A DNA stretch of 63,026 bases, the filler included, from an uncultured Synergistales bacterium (GTDB taxonomy: Bacteria > Synergistota > Synergistia > Synergistales > Aminobacteriaceae): the NCBI GenBank assembly GCA_937897575.1. It is 7 parts of 7 records of this genome, joined end to end, with 100 filler letters (N's around TTAATTAATTAA, not from the genome) between each part and the next. Parts side by side here need not be neighbours in the genome. Positions count along the whole stretch, not along the records: positions 8,943 to 18,144 come from CALCQG010000085.1; positions 18,245 to 36,059 come from CALCQG010000086.1; 5 more parts are not named here. One strand, given 5' to 3'. Shown one piece after another: positions 10,948 to 21,058 of the stretch. Below the pieces are notes generated by a model. It was given only the letters and a program-made list of their open reading frames with translations. It did not search any database and had not been told where the DNA came from. The first letter of the stretch is position 1, and each line of letters starts with the position of its first letter. Both the position numbers and the translations under genes were made by a program.

Positions 10948-12600
10948 ATGTCCCAGTCCGACCTTGCAGGGCACCGTCCCCCCCACGCCATGCTCGCCGA
11001 CATCCCGGAGCTCGTCTCGGCCTACTACACGATCCACCCCGACGCCGGCGATCCGGGCCAGCTCGTGTCCTTCGGGACGTCGGGGCACAGGGGGTCGTCC
11101 CTCAAGGGCTCCTTCAACGAGCTGCACATCCTGGCCGTCGCCCAGGCCATCGTGGAGTACCGGGCGACCCTCGGCGTCACGGGCCCTCTCTTCGTCGGGA
11201 AGGACACCCACGCCCTCTCGGAGCCGGCCTTCCGGTCGGCCCTGGAGGTCTTCGCCGCCAACGGCGTCGAGACGGTCATCCAGGCCGGACACGGCTACAC
11301 CCCCACGCCCGTCATCTCCCATGCCATCCTGTGCCGGAACAGAGGCCGGACGGGCGGTCTCGCCGACGGCGTGGTGATCACGCCGTCCCATAATCCGCCC
11401 GAGGACGGCGGCTTCAAGTACAACCCGCCGGCGGGCGGCCCGGCGGATCCCGAGATGACGAACGCCATCCAGAAGCGGGCCAACGAGATCGTCGCCGCAG
11501 GGGGCAAGGGCGTGGTCCGGATACCCTATGCCCGGGCCCTGAAGTCCCCCTGTGTCCGGGAGTACGACTACGTCCTCCCCTACGTGGACGATCTGGAGAA
11601 CGTCCTCGACATGAGGGCCATAGCGGAGAGCCGCGTCTCCATCGGCGCGGACCCCATGGGCGGCTCGGGCATCGCCTACTGGGACGTCATCGCCTCGCGG
11701 TACGGCCTTGCCCTGGACGTGGTGAACCCCGTGGTGGACCCGACCTTCTCCTTCATGGCCGTGGACTGGGACGGGAAGATCCGCATGGACTGCTCGTCGC
11801 CCTGGGCCATGGCCGGCCTCGTCGGGCTGAAGGACAGGTACGACGTGGCCTTCGGCAACGACACGGACTTCGACCGGCACGGCATCGTCGTCCCCGACAG
11901 GGGGCTCATGACGCCCAACGGATACCTTGCCGTAGCGGTGGAGTACCTCTTCACCCACCGGCCAGGGTGGAGCGAATCGGCCGCCGTGGGCAAGACGCTC
12001 GTGTCGAGCTCCCTCCTCGACCGGGTGGCCCGCGATGTTGGGCGGCAGTGCGTCGAGGTTCCCGTGGGGTTCAAGTGGTTCGTTGAAGGGCTGCTGGACG
12101 GCTCCCTTGGCTTCGGTGGCGAGGAGAGCGCCGGGGCGTCCTTCCTGAGGAGGGACGGCACCGTCTGGACGACGGACAAGGACGGCATCATCATGAACCT
12201 CCTGGCGGCGGAGATCCTCGCCGTCACGGGGGAGCACCCGGGCATCCGGTACGACCGCATCACGGAGCGGCTCGGCGTGCCCTACTACGCCAGGTTCGAA
12301 GCCCAGGCGGGGTCCGAACGGAAGAGACTGCTGAAAAACCTCTCGCCCGAGGCCGTTCCGGGAGAGACCCTGGCTGGCGACGCCATCACGGCGAAACGCA
12401 CCACGGCGCCGGGGAACGGGGCGCCCATCGGCGGCCTCAAGGTCGAGACCGCGAACGGCTGGTTCGCCGCCCGCCCGTCAGGCACCGAGGACGTGTACAA
12501 GATCTACGCCGAGAGCTTCATCGGTTTAGACCATCTCGCCCGAATCCAGAACGAGGCACGGGCGATGGTGGACGCCGTCTTCGAGGCGGCGGGAGTCTGA
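10948..12600 (+). CDS. pgm: phosphoglucomutase
   Basis: [35 protein letters not shown]. Confidence 0.97.
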   Translation: MSQSDLAGHRPPHAMLADIPELVSAYYTIHPDAGDPGQLVSFGTSGHRGSSLKGSFNELHILAVAQAIVEYRATLGVTGPLFVGKDTHALSEPAFRSALEVFAANGVETVIQAGHGYTPTPVISHAILCRNRGRTGGLADGVVITPSHNPPEDGGFKYNPPAGGPADPEMTNAIQKRANEIVAAGGKGVVRIPYARALKSPCVREYDYVLPYVDDLENVLDMRAIAESRVSIGADPMGGSGIAYWDVIASRYGLALDVVNPVVDPTFSFMAVDWDGKIRMDCSSPWAMAGLVGLKDRYDVAFGNDTDFDRHGIVVPDRGLMTPNGYLAVAVEYLFTHRPGWSESAAVGKTLVSSSLLDRVARDVGRQCVEVPVGFKWFVEGLLDGSLGFGGEESAGASFLRRDGTVWTTDKDGIIMNLLAAEILAVTGEHPGIRYDRITERLGVPYYARFEAQAGSERKRLLKNLSPEAVPGETLAGDAITAKRTTAPGNGAPIGGLKVETANGWFAARPSGTEDVYKIYAESFIGLDHLARIQNEARAMVDAVFEAAGV

Positions 12601-12757
12601 GAAGGAGGGCCGGGAGCGGGGCTGCTCCGTGAAGCGTTCCGGAGACGGCGGTTCTCACGGCATCCCGTTTCGGGTGCTCTGTGAGAGGAGATCAGATCCG
12701 GTTTTTTCCCATGGATGCGTTGCGACAACGTGCTTTGACGAGAAGGGAGAGAGTGTG

Positions 12758-13108
12758 ATGAGAAGAGTGGCGATATGGATGGTTGCGGTGACCCTCGTGC
12801 TGGGGGGAGCGACTTTGGCCGCGGCGCACTCCGCGTCCAGCCTGGAAATGACGTATGACCGGACCGGCGGGGTACTGACCGTTGTGGCTGCTCACAAGGT
12901 CCCCAACGGCGCGGTGCACTACATCGAGGAGTACGAGGTGGCCATCGCCGACACGGAGTTCTGTTCCCTCGAAATGAAGCGACAGTTGGACAAAGAGAGA
13001 TCCGTGGCGGTTTTTCATGTGGGCGACCTCGCCGCCGGCACCAAGGTATCGGTCAGGACGGAGTGCAACCGGGGCGGTGCGCTGTCGAGCACTCTGGTCG
13101 TGGAGTAA
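12758..13108 (+). CDS. secreted hypothetical protein, possibly superoxide-reductase-like beta-sandwich
   Basis: Signal peptide ending AAA-H; H...HYI and CNxGG motifs. Confidence 0.6.
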   Translation: MRRVAIWMVAVTLVLGGATLAAAHSASSLEMTYDRTGGVLTVVAAHKVPNGAVHYIEEYEVAIADTEFCSLEMKRQLDKERSVAVFHVGDLAAGTKVSVRTECNRGGALSSTLVVE

Positions 13109-13170
13109 AAGGGCGCACGAAGGTCGAACCCGGCCTTCGTGGAGATAGTTGAAAGACGGGGGGAAAGAGC

Positions 13171-13956
13171 ATGCTTTCGGACAAGGAACGGAGAGAAATT
13201 GCCCATGCCCTGGCGGCGGCCCGGCGGACGAGGGGCACCATTGCCCCCGTCTCGGAGACCCATCCCGGGGCCGATGTGGCCGATGCGTACGCCATACAGC
13301 TCCTGAACGTCGCCGACGAGCTGGCCGCGGGCAGAAGGGTGACGGGCAAGAAGATCGGCCTCACCTCGCTGGCCATGCAGAAGCTCATCAACGTGGACCA
13401 GCCGGACTACGGCCACCTTTTCGACGACATGGCCGTCGCAGACGGCGGAGCTGTCACGATGAAGAGCCTCATCGCGCCGAAGGTGGAGGGGGAGATCACC
13501 TTCGTCCTGGGGAAGGACCTCGTGGGGCCTGGCGTCACGGCGGAGCAGGCCCTGGACGCTACGGAGTACGTCGTGGCGTCCATCGAGATCGTGGACAGCC
13601 GGGTACAGGACTGGAGGATCAAGCTGGTGGACACCGTGGCGGACAACGGCTCCTCCGCGCTGTACGTCTTGGGGGGAAAGCGCGTGGACCCGCGGGGCAC
13701 GGACCTGAAGGCCCTCGCCATGAAGCTCGTCAAGAACGGACAGGTCGTCAACGAGGGCGTCGGCGCCGATGTGCTGGGCGATCCATCCCTTTCCGTCGCA
13801 TGGCTGGCCAACGCGCTCTCGACCTACGGCGTCGCGCTGAAGAAGGGAGAAGCGATACTGTCCGGCGCCTTGACGGCGGCCCTTCCCGCCGAGGCGGGCG
13901 ACGTGTTCACCGCCTCCTTCACGGAGCTCGGCGACGTCACCGTCCGCTTCGAATAG
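13171..13956 (+). CDS. 2-keto-4-pentenoate hydratase (FAH family)
   Basis: GKKIGLTS, PDYGHL, EGEI, EIVDSR, DTVADN. Confidence 0.9.
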   Translation: MLSDKERREIAHALAAARRTRGTIAPVSETHPGADVADAYAIQLLNVADELAAGRRVTGKKIGLTSLAMQKLINVDQPDYGHLFDDMAVADGGAVTMKSLIAPKVEGEITFVLGKDLVGPGVTAEQALDATEYVVASIEIVDSRVQDWRIKLVDTVADNGSSALYVLGGKRVDPRGTDLKALAMKLVKNGQVVNEGVGADVLGDPSLSVAWLANALSTYGVALKKGEAILSGALTAALPAEAGDVFTASFTELGDVTVRFE

Positions 13957-14067
13957 ACGGAGATCGGGCGTCGAACGGTCACGCGTCCGCCTCGGCAGTC
14001 CTTGGCCCGGCGAGGGTGAACGCAGAGAGGGTTTATCTCAGACAGAGGGGGAGGGACAGAGCGCCCT

Positions 14068-15006
14068 TTGATCTCACAGCGAGACAGTGCATGGTTTTAC
14101 CTCTTTCTCGGGGTGACGGTGCTCCTGGCCGTACTCCCCGTCACGAAGTCGTGGGCGGTGGGCATAAGCCTGCTGCTCGGGGCGGCCGTGAGCAACACCC
14201 GCTCGGGCGCCGGTCCGGCCAACCTCGGAAGGATGCGGAAATTCACCCTGAACACAGCGGTGGTGCTCTTCGGCTTCGGCCTGAACATAGGGCAGGTGAT
14301 CGCCGTGGGAGGGCAGGGTTTCTGGCAGACCGCCGTGAGCCTCGCCGTGATCGTGACGCTGGGATTCCTCCTCCTGCGGCACTTCACGCTGAACCCCACC
14401 ACGCTGAAACTCATCACCTTCGGCACGTCCATCTGCGGAGGGAGCGCCATCGCCGCCGTCTCCTCGGTGATGAAGGCCAGGGACGAGGAGATCGGCGTCG
14501 CCATGGGCGTGGTCTTCCTGCTGAACACTGTGGCTCTCTTCACCTTCCCCATGCTCGTCCGCCTCACACCCCTCACCCCGGAGCAGTACGGTGTCTGGTG
14601 CGCCCTGAGCATCCACGACACGAGCTCCGTCGTGGGTGCGGCGGCAGCCCTCGGCGACGTCCCCCTCTCGACGGCCACCATCATGAAGCTCACCCGGACG
14701 CTGTGGATCACCCCCATCGTCTTCGCCCTCTCCCTCGGCAGGGGAGGGAAGGGCAAGATCTCCATCCCGATGTTCATCGTCCTCTTCATCCTCGCCTCGG
14801 CAATCGCATCGGTGCTGCCGTACCCCGTTTTCTTCAAGGCCCTCGCCTCCCTGGGCAAGGTCTTCATGGCCATGGCCCTCTACATGGTGGGCTTCGGTCT
14901 CCATCGCTCCATCGTCAAAAAGGCCGGAGCCCAGGGCATCCTCTTCGGCCTCCTCCTCTGGGCTGTTTCCATCGTTGTGGGGTACGGTCTCGCGGTGATG
15001 AGCTAG
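14068..15006 (+). CDS. YeiH/UPF0324 family membrane protein (putative sulfate exporter)
   Basis: GTSICGGSAIAA, IHDTSSVVGAA, KLTRTLW. Confidence 0.9.
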   Translation: MISQRDSAWFYLFLGVTVLLAVLPVTKSWAVGISLLLGAAVSNTRSGAGPANLGRMRKFTLNTAVVLFGFGLNIGQVIAVGGQGFWQTAVSLAVIVTLGFLLLRHFTLNPTTLKLITFGTSICGGSAIAAVSSVMKARDEEIGVAMGVVFLLNTVALFTFPMLVRLTPLTPEQYGVWCALSIHDTSSVVGAAAALGDVPLSTATIMKLTRTLWITPIVFALSLGRGGKGKISIPMFIVLFILASAIASVLPYPVFFKALASLGKVFMAMALYMVGFGLHRSIVKKAGAQGILFGLLLWAVSIVVGYGLAVMS

Positions 15007-15143
15007 AGGACAGACAGAAAGGCAGCCAGGGTACAGAGTATAAGATACCGGTATCCTATGGCTACACCTCTGGCGTTGTTTGTCGGTCCTATACGCAAAA
15101 AAGGAACCGCGAGACCTGTGCTTAGCATACGCGTTTGTGTGAC

Positions 15144-15172
15144 TGTTGGAGCCGGGGAATTGAAGCTCCGTC
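15144..15172 (-). pseudogene. degenerate tmRNA-like 3'-end fragment (possible att scar)
   Basis: Minus strand GACGGAGCTTCAATTCCCCGGCTCCAACA resembles the fragment at 40050-40072. Confidence 0.4.
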
Positions 15173-15213
15173 TAATGTGATGTTCCTATTACGGTCAGAT
15201 AGTCAAACACTTA

Positions 15214-15247
15214 GAGATCAGGGGTTTGAGTCCCCTTAGCTCCACTA
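15214..15247 (+). pseudogene. degenerate tRNA-Ala 3'-end fragment (possible att scar)
   Basis: GAGATCAGGGGTTTGAGTCCCCTTAGCTCCACTA: T-arm plus Ala acceptor strand; no 5' half. Confidence 0.55.
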
Positions 15248-15899
15248 AACAATGAGATACGGTATATAACGAAGAGAGAACTTCACAAATCTGGTTCTGT
15301 ATGTGACGCGTTGAGAAACCTGTAAGGCTGGTCAGGTCCTCAACAAGGGATTCTCTTTTTGTGTAGACAACACCACGCGCTTACGCACTATAGAGGTGTA
15401 CTATACGGACAATGGTCGGCAGTGTACGAGTTCTCCTGAAGTCCATGTCTTTATGATGGAATGTTGTGAGACGAGAATAGTGTAGGACGTTACTTGGCTG
15501 AAGACACCCCAGACGAACAAGAAGGCAGAACATGTTATCCGGGCAGTTATGGAACAGTGGCACGTAAAGACGGAGTTCCAGTCTAGCGCTCACCGTAAGA
15601 ATGAGTTGCGAAGGTTCGTGATCTGGTTATAACTTGGTGGAACCCCATAAAGGGATAGGGAATCTGACCTCAAGAAGAGAAATTGATCGAGTACTTTTAT
15701 CCATAAAAACTGTAAACAACACTCTGGATTCTTGACATGCCAAAGAAAGAAACAAACCTGATAGACATCTCGAACCAGTCAACAAAACGTTTACACGAGT
15801 TTTTTAAAGAAACAACGAACCGTGAGGAGGCTATGGCACCTTCCTCACGTGTTATTGACAGGTGATACGTCTGATTTTATATCTGCTGTTATGTTTCGG

Positions 15900-16814
15900 T
15901 CAGAGTTTTTCGGGGTCTACTCCCGCGAGGTTTTCGTAAAATTTCACCACGGCACTCGAGTCTTCTCTTGGGTCAATATCTTTCCTGGCCAGTTTGAAGA
16001 TCTCTTTCGCGACTGATGTTAAGAAGAGGGGGGCTTGGTTTTTTTCTCCTGCTTGCAGGCAGATGTTCATGTCCTTTACCTGGATGTCCAAGGTGCTTCG
16101 CGTCGAAAAATCCCGTTTTATGACTGACGGCATGCGGCTCATGAAGACGTTCGAGCAACCGGCGCAATTGGAAATGACCTCGAATACGCGGTTTGGGGGT
16201 ATTCCTGATTTTTCGGCAAATACAACTGCCTCGGCCATAGCGACCATCTGTACTCCGAAGAGAAGTTGGTTCACTGCTTTCATGCTCTGTCCCATTCCCA
16301 CTTCCTCTCCGATGAAGAAGATCTTCGACGAGAATGCTTGGAGAAGGGGAGTACAGTCTTGATAAGTTTTTTCAGGCCCGGCGACCATGAGTGTAAGCGT
16401 GCCGTCCGCTGCGCCCTTTGTCCCTCCACTGACGGGGCAGTCAAGGAGCTGCACTCCGTGTGTTTGGCACTCCTTGCCTATCGCGACGGCATCCTGGGGA
16501 GCCACGGTGGAGAGAAGAATCAACGTTTTACAGCGATTGCCTGAGAGCAGGCCTTTCGCCCCGGTTAGTACGCTGAGGCACTGTTCGTAGGTGTTCACCA
16601 TCAAGAAGCAAACCTCTGCGGCGTTTCCCACGTCTAATGGAGAGGAGGCCTTCATGGTCCTTGTTTCAGGAAATGAGTCCATAGCCTCTTTCCGAACGTC
16701 GTACAGGCAAAGGTCGTAATCAGCATTTACCAGGTTTCTTGTCACGGACGATCCCATGGCACCCAGACCGATGAACCCTACGTATTTCTTGTGCTGCACG
16801 GTATCGTATTTCAT
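15900..16814 (-). CDS. NAD(P)-dependent beta-hydroxyacid dehydrogenase (3-hydroxyisobutyrate/tartronate semialdehyde reductase family)
   Basis: GFIGLGAMG, DCPVSGG, GTLTLMVAG, KAVNQ; ATGA overlap with the upstream gene. Confidence 0.9.
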   Translation of the reverse strand: MKYDTVQHKKYVGFIGLGAMGSSVTRNLVNADYDLCLYDVRKEAMDSFPETRTMKASSPLDVGNAAEVCFLMVNTYEQCLSVLTGAKGLLSGNRCKTLILLSTVAPQDAVAIGKECQTHGVQLLDCPVSGGTKGAADGTLTLMVAGPEKTYQDCTPLLQAFSSKIFFIGEEVGMGQSMKAVNQLLFGVQMVAMAEAVVFAEKSGIPPNRVFEVISNCAGCSNVFMSRMPSVIKRDFSTRSTLDIQVKDMNICLQAGEKNQAPLFLTSVAKEIFKLARKDIDPREDSSAVVKFYENLAGVDPEKL

Positions 16815-17743
16815 TTTATCCCCACGAGCTGCTCTGCAGCTAAAAGAATGTCGTCCATGGACATGGCGTATTTTTTGTACAGATCCTCCGGTTCTCCGGA
16901 CTCGCCAAAGACATCTCGTATCCCGATCCGTTTCATCCGGACGGGGCATTTTTCGCCGAGGATTTCGGCGACCGCTCCACCGAGGCCTCCGAGGATGGTA
17001 TGGTCTTCCAAGGTGAGCACGCATCGGCATCGTGCCGCTGCTTCCAGTATCGTCGCTTCGTCCAGCGGCTTCAACGTATGAAAATCGTATAAGCAGGGAT
17101 TAATGCCCTTTTCGCGGAGTCTCTTTGCAGCCTCAAGTCCCTTTCCGACCATCACGCCCGTCGCGAATATAGCGATGTCGTCCCCGTAGCTGCACATTGC
17201 GTTCGCCTTGCCCAACTTGAAAACATACCCTTCCGATGGATTGATGTCCGGCACCGGAGCTTTATGTACTTTGATGTAAAGAGGCCCGTGAAAGTCCACG
17301 GATGCTCTCGCAATAGCTCGTGCACAGGTCTCATCCGAGGGTTGAACGATTGTAAGGTTAGGAAAGGAGCGCATGATGGAGACATCTTCGGTGGCCATAT
17401 GGGTCGCCCCATCGCTGCCAACTTGAAGACCAGCGTGGCTTGAGATGATGGTGACGTCCAGGTTCGGGTAGCAGATAAAACTACGGACCTGCTCGCAAGC
17501 TCGCATAGAAGCGAAGACGGAGTAGGAGACGACGTAGACTTTGTTGCCACAAGACGCCGCCCCCGCAGCAGCAGCCATCATACACTGTTCGGCGATACCA
17601 AGATTGTACTCTCGCCCCGGGAAGAGCGTACCGAACTCCTCCAACCCCACGGCCTTCGTATCCACGTTGAACAGAAGGAATTCATGATCCTTCGCCAGAG
17701 CGATGAGTTCTTTTCCAAGGGCAAATCGTGTTGCGAGGGGCAT
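16811..17743 (-). CDS. transketolase C-terminal subunit
   Basis: GIAEQ, RACEQ, DGATH, EDHTILGGLG. Confidence 0.93.
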   Translation of the reverse strand: MPLATRFALGKELIALAKDHEFLLFNVDTKAVGLEEFGTLFPGREYNLGIAEQCMMAAAAGAASCGNKVYVVSYSVFASMRACEQVRSFICYPNLDVTIISSHAGLQVGSDGATHMATEDVSIMRSFPNLTIVQPSDETCARAIARASVDFHGPLYIKVHKAPVPDINPSEGYVFKLGKANAMCSYGDDIAIFATGVMVGKGLEAAKRLREKGINPCLYDFHTLKPLDEATILEAAARCRCVLTLEDHTILGGLGGAVAEILGEKCPVRMKRIGIRDVFGESGEPEDLYKKYAMSMDDILLAAEQLVGIK

Positions 17744-18144
17744 TATTGATCGCCTCCCCTGATGTCGGAAAGAGCTTGTTCCAATTGTTCCTTGTTAGGC
17801 GCTTTTCCGTGCCACTCCGCTACATTTTCCATGAAGGAAACGCCTTTCCCTTTCGTCGTGTGGGCTATGATCATCACTGGCCCTGCCATTTTCTTTGCCC
17901 TCTGGAAGGATGAGAGGACCTGTGTCATGTCATTTCCGTCTATTTCGAAGGCCAGCCAGCCGAAGCTCTCCCATTTTTTTGCGAGAGGTTCAATACGGTT
18001 GACCGAGTTCACCCACCCTGTGATCTGAAGTCCATTGTAGTCCACGATCCCGACGAAGTTGTTCAGTCTGTGGTTGGCCGCCGACATGGCAGTTTTCATT
18101 ACTCGCCGCTTTCTGGCCTTGCGGTCGATATGCTGCGCTTGCAT
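17743..18144 (-). CDS. transketolase N-terminal subunit, partial
   Basis: DYNGLQ, DGNDM, HTTKGKGVSFMEN...WHG; 5' truncated. Confidence 0.9.
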   Translation of the reverse strand: MQAQHIDRKARKRRVMKTAMSAANHRLNNFVGIVDYNGLQITGWVNSVNRIEPLAKKWESFGWLAFEIDGNDMTQVLSSFQRAKKMAGPVMIIAHTTKGKGVSFMENVAEWHGKAPNKEQLEQALSDIRGGDQ

Positions 18145-18243
18145 NNNNNNNNNNNNNNNNNNNNNNNNNNNNNNNNNNNNNNNNNNNNTTAATTAATTAA
18201 NNNNNNNNNNNNNNNNNNNNNNNNNNNNNNNNNNNNNNNNNNN

Positions 18244-18741
18244 NGGGGCGCCCTCGACGAGACCGTCGGAGGGGCCCTCGATCGCCTGATCGACATGAGG
18301 GAGCGCGAGGGGCGCCATCTGGCCGAGTGTGTGGCGGAGTATCTCCAGTCCTTCGAGGCCCTGCTCGGCAGGATGGCGTTGCGGTGGGAGGAGCGGCGGG
18401 ACGTGGCCCTGGGGGAGCACAGGAAGAAGCTGTCCACCCTTCTGGGCGATTGCCTGACCGATTTGGACCGAAACAGGGTGGCCCAGGAGATCGCCATCCT
18501 GGCCGACAAGTGGGACATCTCCGAGGAGATCGTCCGATCGGGCGGCCACATCCGACAGTTCCGTTCCATCGCCGACGGGGCGTCCTCCGAGGGGCGGAAG
18601 CTCGACTTCCTCATCCAGGAGATGAACCGGGAAGTGAACACCATGGGGTCCAAGACCGCCGACGAGGAGTTCCGCTGGATGGTCGTGGAAGCAAAGAACC
18701 TCCTTGAGAAGATCAGGGAGCAGATTCAAAACGTGGAGTGA
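18244..18741 (+). CDS. yicC: YicC/YloC family endoribonuclease, 5' truncated
   Basis: GRKLDFLIQEMNREVNTMGSK, REQIQNVE. Confidence 0.95.
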   Translation, partial: XGALDETVGGALDRLIDMREREGRHLAECVAEYLQSFEALLGRMALRWEERRDVALGEHRKKLSTLLGDCLTDLDRNRVAQEIAILADKWDISEEIVRSGGHIRQFRSIADGASSEGRKLDFLIQEMNREVNTMGSKTADEEFRWMVVEAKNLLEKIREQIQNVE

Positions 18742-18747
18742 TGACGC

Positions 18748-19017
18748 ATGGAAGGCAGGCTTGTCCATATCGGATTCGGCAACATGGTCGTGGCGGAACG
18801 GATCGTCGCCATCATCCACCCTTCCTCGGCGCCCATCAAGCGCCTGAAGGAGGAGGCCCGGGCGGATTCCCGCCTCATCGACGCCACCCAGGGGCGGAAG
18901 ACGCGGGCGATTCTCGTCACCGACAGCAACCACGTCATTCTGTCCGCCATTCAGCCCGAGACGATCGTGAACAGGTACGAAGAAAAAGGTGACGATGACG
19001 GCCCGGAGGAAGGGTAG
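18748..19017 (+). CDS. remA: RemA/DUF370 family regulator
   Basis: [32 protein letters not shown]. Confidence 0.93.
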   Translation: MEGRLVHIGFGNMVVAERIVAIIHPSSAPIKRLKEEARADSRLIDATQGRKTRAILVTDSNHVILSAIQPETIVNRYEEKGDDDGPEEG

Positions 19018-19588
19018 GCTCTTCGTCCTCTCCGGGCCGAGCGGCGCCGGAAAGGGAACGGTTCGGACGAAGGCCCTCGAGGCCCTTTCGGGCGTACGGT
19101 TTTCCGTCTCCTGCACCACCCGACCTCCGCGGGAAGGGGAGCGGGACGGCGTGGACTATCGCTTCCTCTCCGACGAGGCCTTCCGGTCGTTGCTCGACCG
19201 GGGGTGTTTTCTCGAGCACGCCGACGTGCACGGGTACTGCTACGGAACCCTTAAGGGGGACGTGGAGCGTGTTCTGGCGACGGGGGAGGACATCCTCCTC
19301 GAGATCGATGTTCAGGGGGCCCTTCAGGTTCGGGCGGCCCTTCCCGAGTGCGTGCTGATCTTCGTCATGCCGCCCTCTCTGGGGGAGCTGGAGCGGCGCC
19401 TCAGAGGGCGTGGCACCGAGGAAGAGGAGCGGATCGCCCTGCGGTTGAAGAACGCCCGATGGGAGATGGAGCACTCGGGCGACTACGACTACGTGATAGA
19501 GAACGACGACGCCGAGCGGGCATCCCGCGAGCTCGCCGACATCATTCTGAGCTTCAGGACAAAGACCATCAGGGGGGATCGAACATGA
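18989..19588 (+). CDS. gmk: guanylate kinase
   Basis: [26 protein letters not shown]. Confidence 0.97.
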   Translation: MTMTARRKGRLFVLSGPSGAGKGTVRTKALEALSGVRFSVSCTTRPPREGERDGVDYRFLSDEAFRSLLDRGCFLEHADVHGYCYGTLKGDVERVLATGEDILLEIDVQGALQVRAALPECVLIFVMPPSLGELERRLRGRGTEEEERIALRLKNARWEMEHSGDYDYVIENDDAERASRELADIILSFRTKTIRGDRT

Positions 19589-19842
19589 TTTTTTATGACC
19601 TGGATTCGCTGGAAAATGCGCAGTGCATCGACAACAAATACCTTCTCACGGCGGCTGTGGCGTCACGGGCGCGCTCGCTGAGCGAGCAGAAGGGGCGGAC
19701 CCTCGAGGAGGAGAACGAGAAGTTCATCTCCCTGACGCTCGAGGAGTTCGACCGCGGTCTCATTACCGTCACCCTGGAGAGCGAGCCGGCCGATGGCGGC
19801 AAGGGGCAGGAGAAAGCACCCCATGGTGCCATGGAAAACTGA
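19585..19842 (+). CDS. rpoZ: RNA polymerase omega subunit
   Basis: NKYLLT...RAR motif; gmk-rpoZ-coaBC synteny. Confidence 0.85.
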   Translation: MIFYDLDSLENAQCIDNKYLLTAAVASRARSLSEQKGRTLEEENEKFISLTLEEFDRGLITVTLESEPADGGKGQEKAPHGAMEN

Positions 19843-21043
19843 CCGGAAGATCCTCCTCGCCGTAACGGGAGGAATATCGGCCTATAAGGCTCCGGATATC
19901 CTGCGGGGGCTCGTGAAGGCGGGGTGCCGGGTCGAGGTGGTGCTCACCGAGGACGCTGAGCGCTTCGTGAGCCCCATGGTGCTGTCCACCCTGGCCGGGA
20001 GGAGGGTCTGGCAGCAGAGGGACTTCCTCTCCGACGACCACGGTTGGGAGATCCCCCACATCGCCCTCGCCGACTGGGCCGACGCCATCCTCGTGGCCCC
20101 CTGCACGGCGGAGACGTTGGCGAATACGGCTCATGGACAGGGACAGAAGCTCGTCGGCGCGCTGCTCCTCGCCGCACACGCTCCCGTCTGCCTCTTTCCG
20201 GCCATGAACGTCCACATGCTCGACAACCCGGCGACGGCCGCGAACATCGCGCTGCTCCGCGAACGGGGCTATATCGTCGTCGACCCCGAATCGGGCAGCC
20301 TTGCCTGCGGCTATGAGGGCCGAGGGCGGCTCCCCTCGACGGAGGTCATCCTCGAGGAGCTCTGGAGGGCCATCAGCCCCTCCAGGCACCTCTCAGGGAA
20401 AAAGGTGCTCGTCACGGCCGGCCCTACGTGGGAGTTCCTCGACCCCGTTCGCTTCCTCAGCAACCCGAGCACCGGGAAGATGGGGTACGCCATGGCGAGG
20501 GCCGCATGGTATCGAGGGGCGGACGTCTCCCTCGTGCTCGGTCCGTCGGCATTGCACAACCTCTACGGCTTCTCGGTGGTCCCCGTGGTGTCGGCCGAGG
20601 ACATGAAACGGGAGGTCCTCGCCCGGTCGGACGACATGGACGTCATCGTGAAGGCGGCGGCCGTCGGCGACTTCCGTCCCGCCAGCTATTCGGGCGAGAA
20701 GATCAAGCGGAGGGACCGGGATGTCCTCTCCATCGAACTCGAACAGAACCCCGATATCGCAGCGGCACTGGGTGAACGCAAGAGGACAGGCCAACTCCTC
20801 GTGGGCTTCGCGGCGGAAAGCCATAACCTGCTGGAGAACGCAAAGGGCAAGATCGCCAAAAAGAACCTCGACTTCATCATCGCCAACGACATCACGGCCC
20901 CCGCATCGGGCTTCGGGACGGATACCAACACCGTCCGGGTCATCGACGCCGGCGGAGCCTGCACCACGATCGAGGGCACGAAAGAGGATGTGGCGGAGGG
21001 AATCTGGGATATCCTTCTCGGCGGATGGCCCCCCTCGTCCTAA
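19823..21043 (+). CDS. coaBC: phosphopantothenoylcysteine decarboxylase/synthetase
   Basis: [42 protein letters not shown]. Confidence 0.97.
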   Translation: MVPWKTDRKILLAVTGGISAYKAPDILRGLVKAGCRVEVVLTEDAERFVSPMVLSTLAGRRVWQQRDFLSDDHGWEIPHIALADWADAILVAPCTAETLANTAHGQGQKLVGALLLAAHAPVCLFPAMNVHMLDNPATAANIALLRERGYIVVDPESGSLACGYEGRGRLPSTEVILEELWRAISPSRHLSGKKVLVTAGPTWEFLDPVRFLSNPSTGKMGYAMARAAWYRGADVSLVLGPSALHNLYGFSVVPVVSAEDMKREVLARSDDMDVIVKAAAVGDFRPASYSGEKIKRRDRDVLSIELEQNPDIAAALGERKRTGQLLVGFAAESHNLLENAKGKIAKKNLDFIIANDITAPASGFGTDTNTVRVIDAGGACTTIEGTKEDVAEGIWDILLGGWPPSS

Positions 21044-21058
21044 AGGAAGAGGCCCTCT

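Noticed and set aside
18092..18144. Non-homologous N-terminus on the transketolase fragment
   Set aside because: About 50 nt at a contig end; probably chimeric sequence rather than a real fusion.
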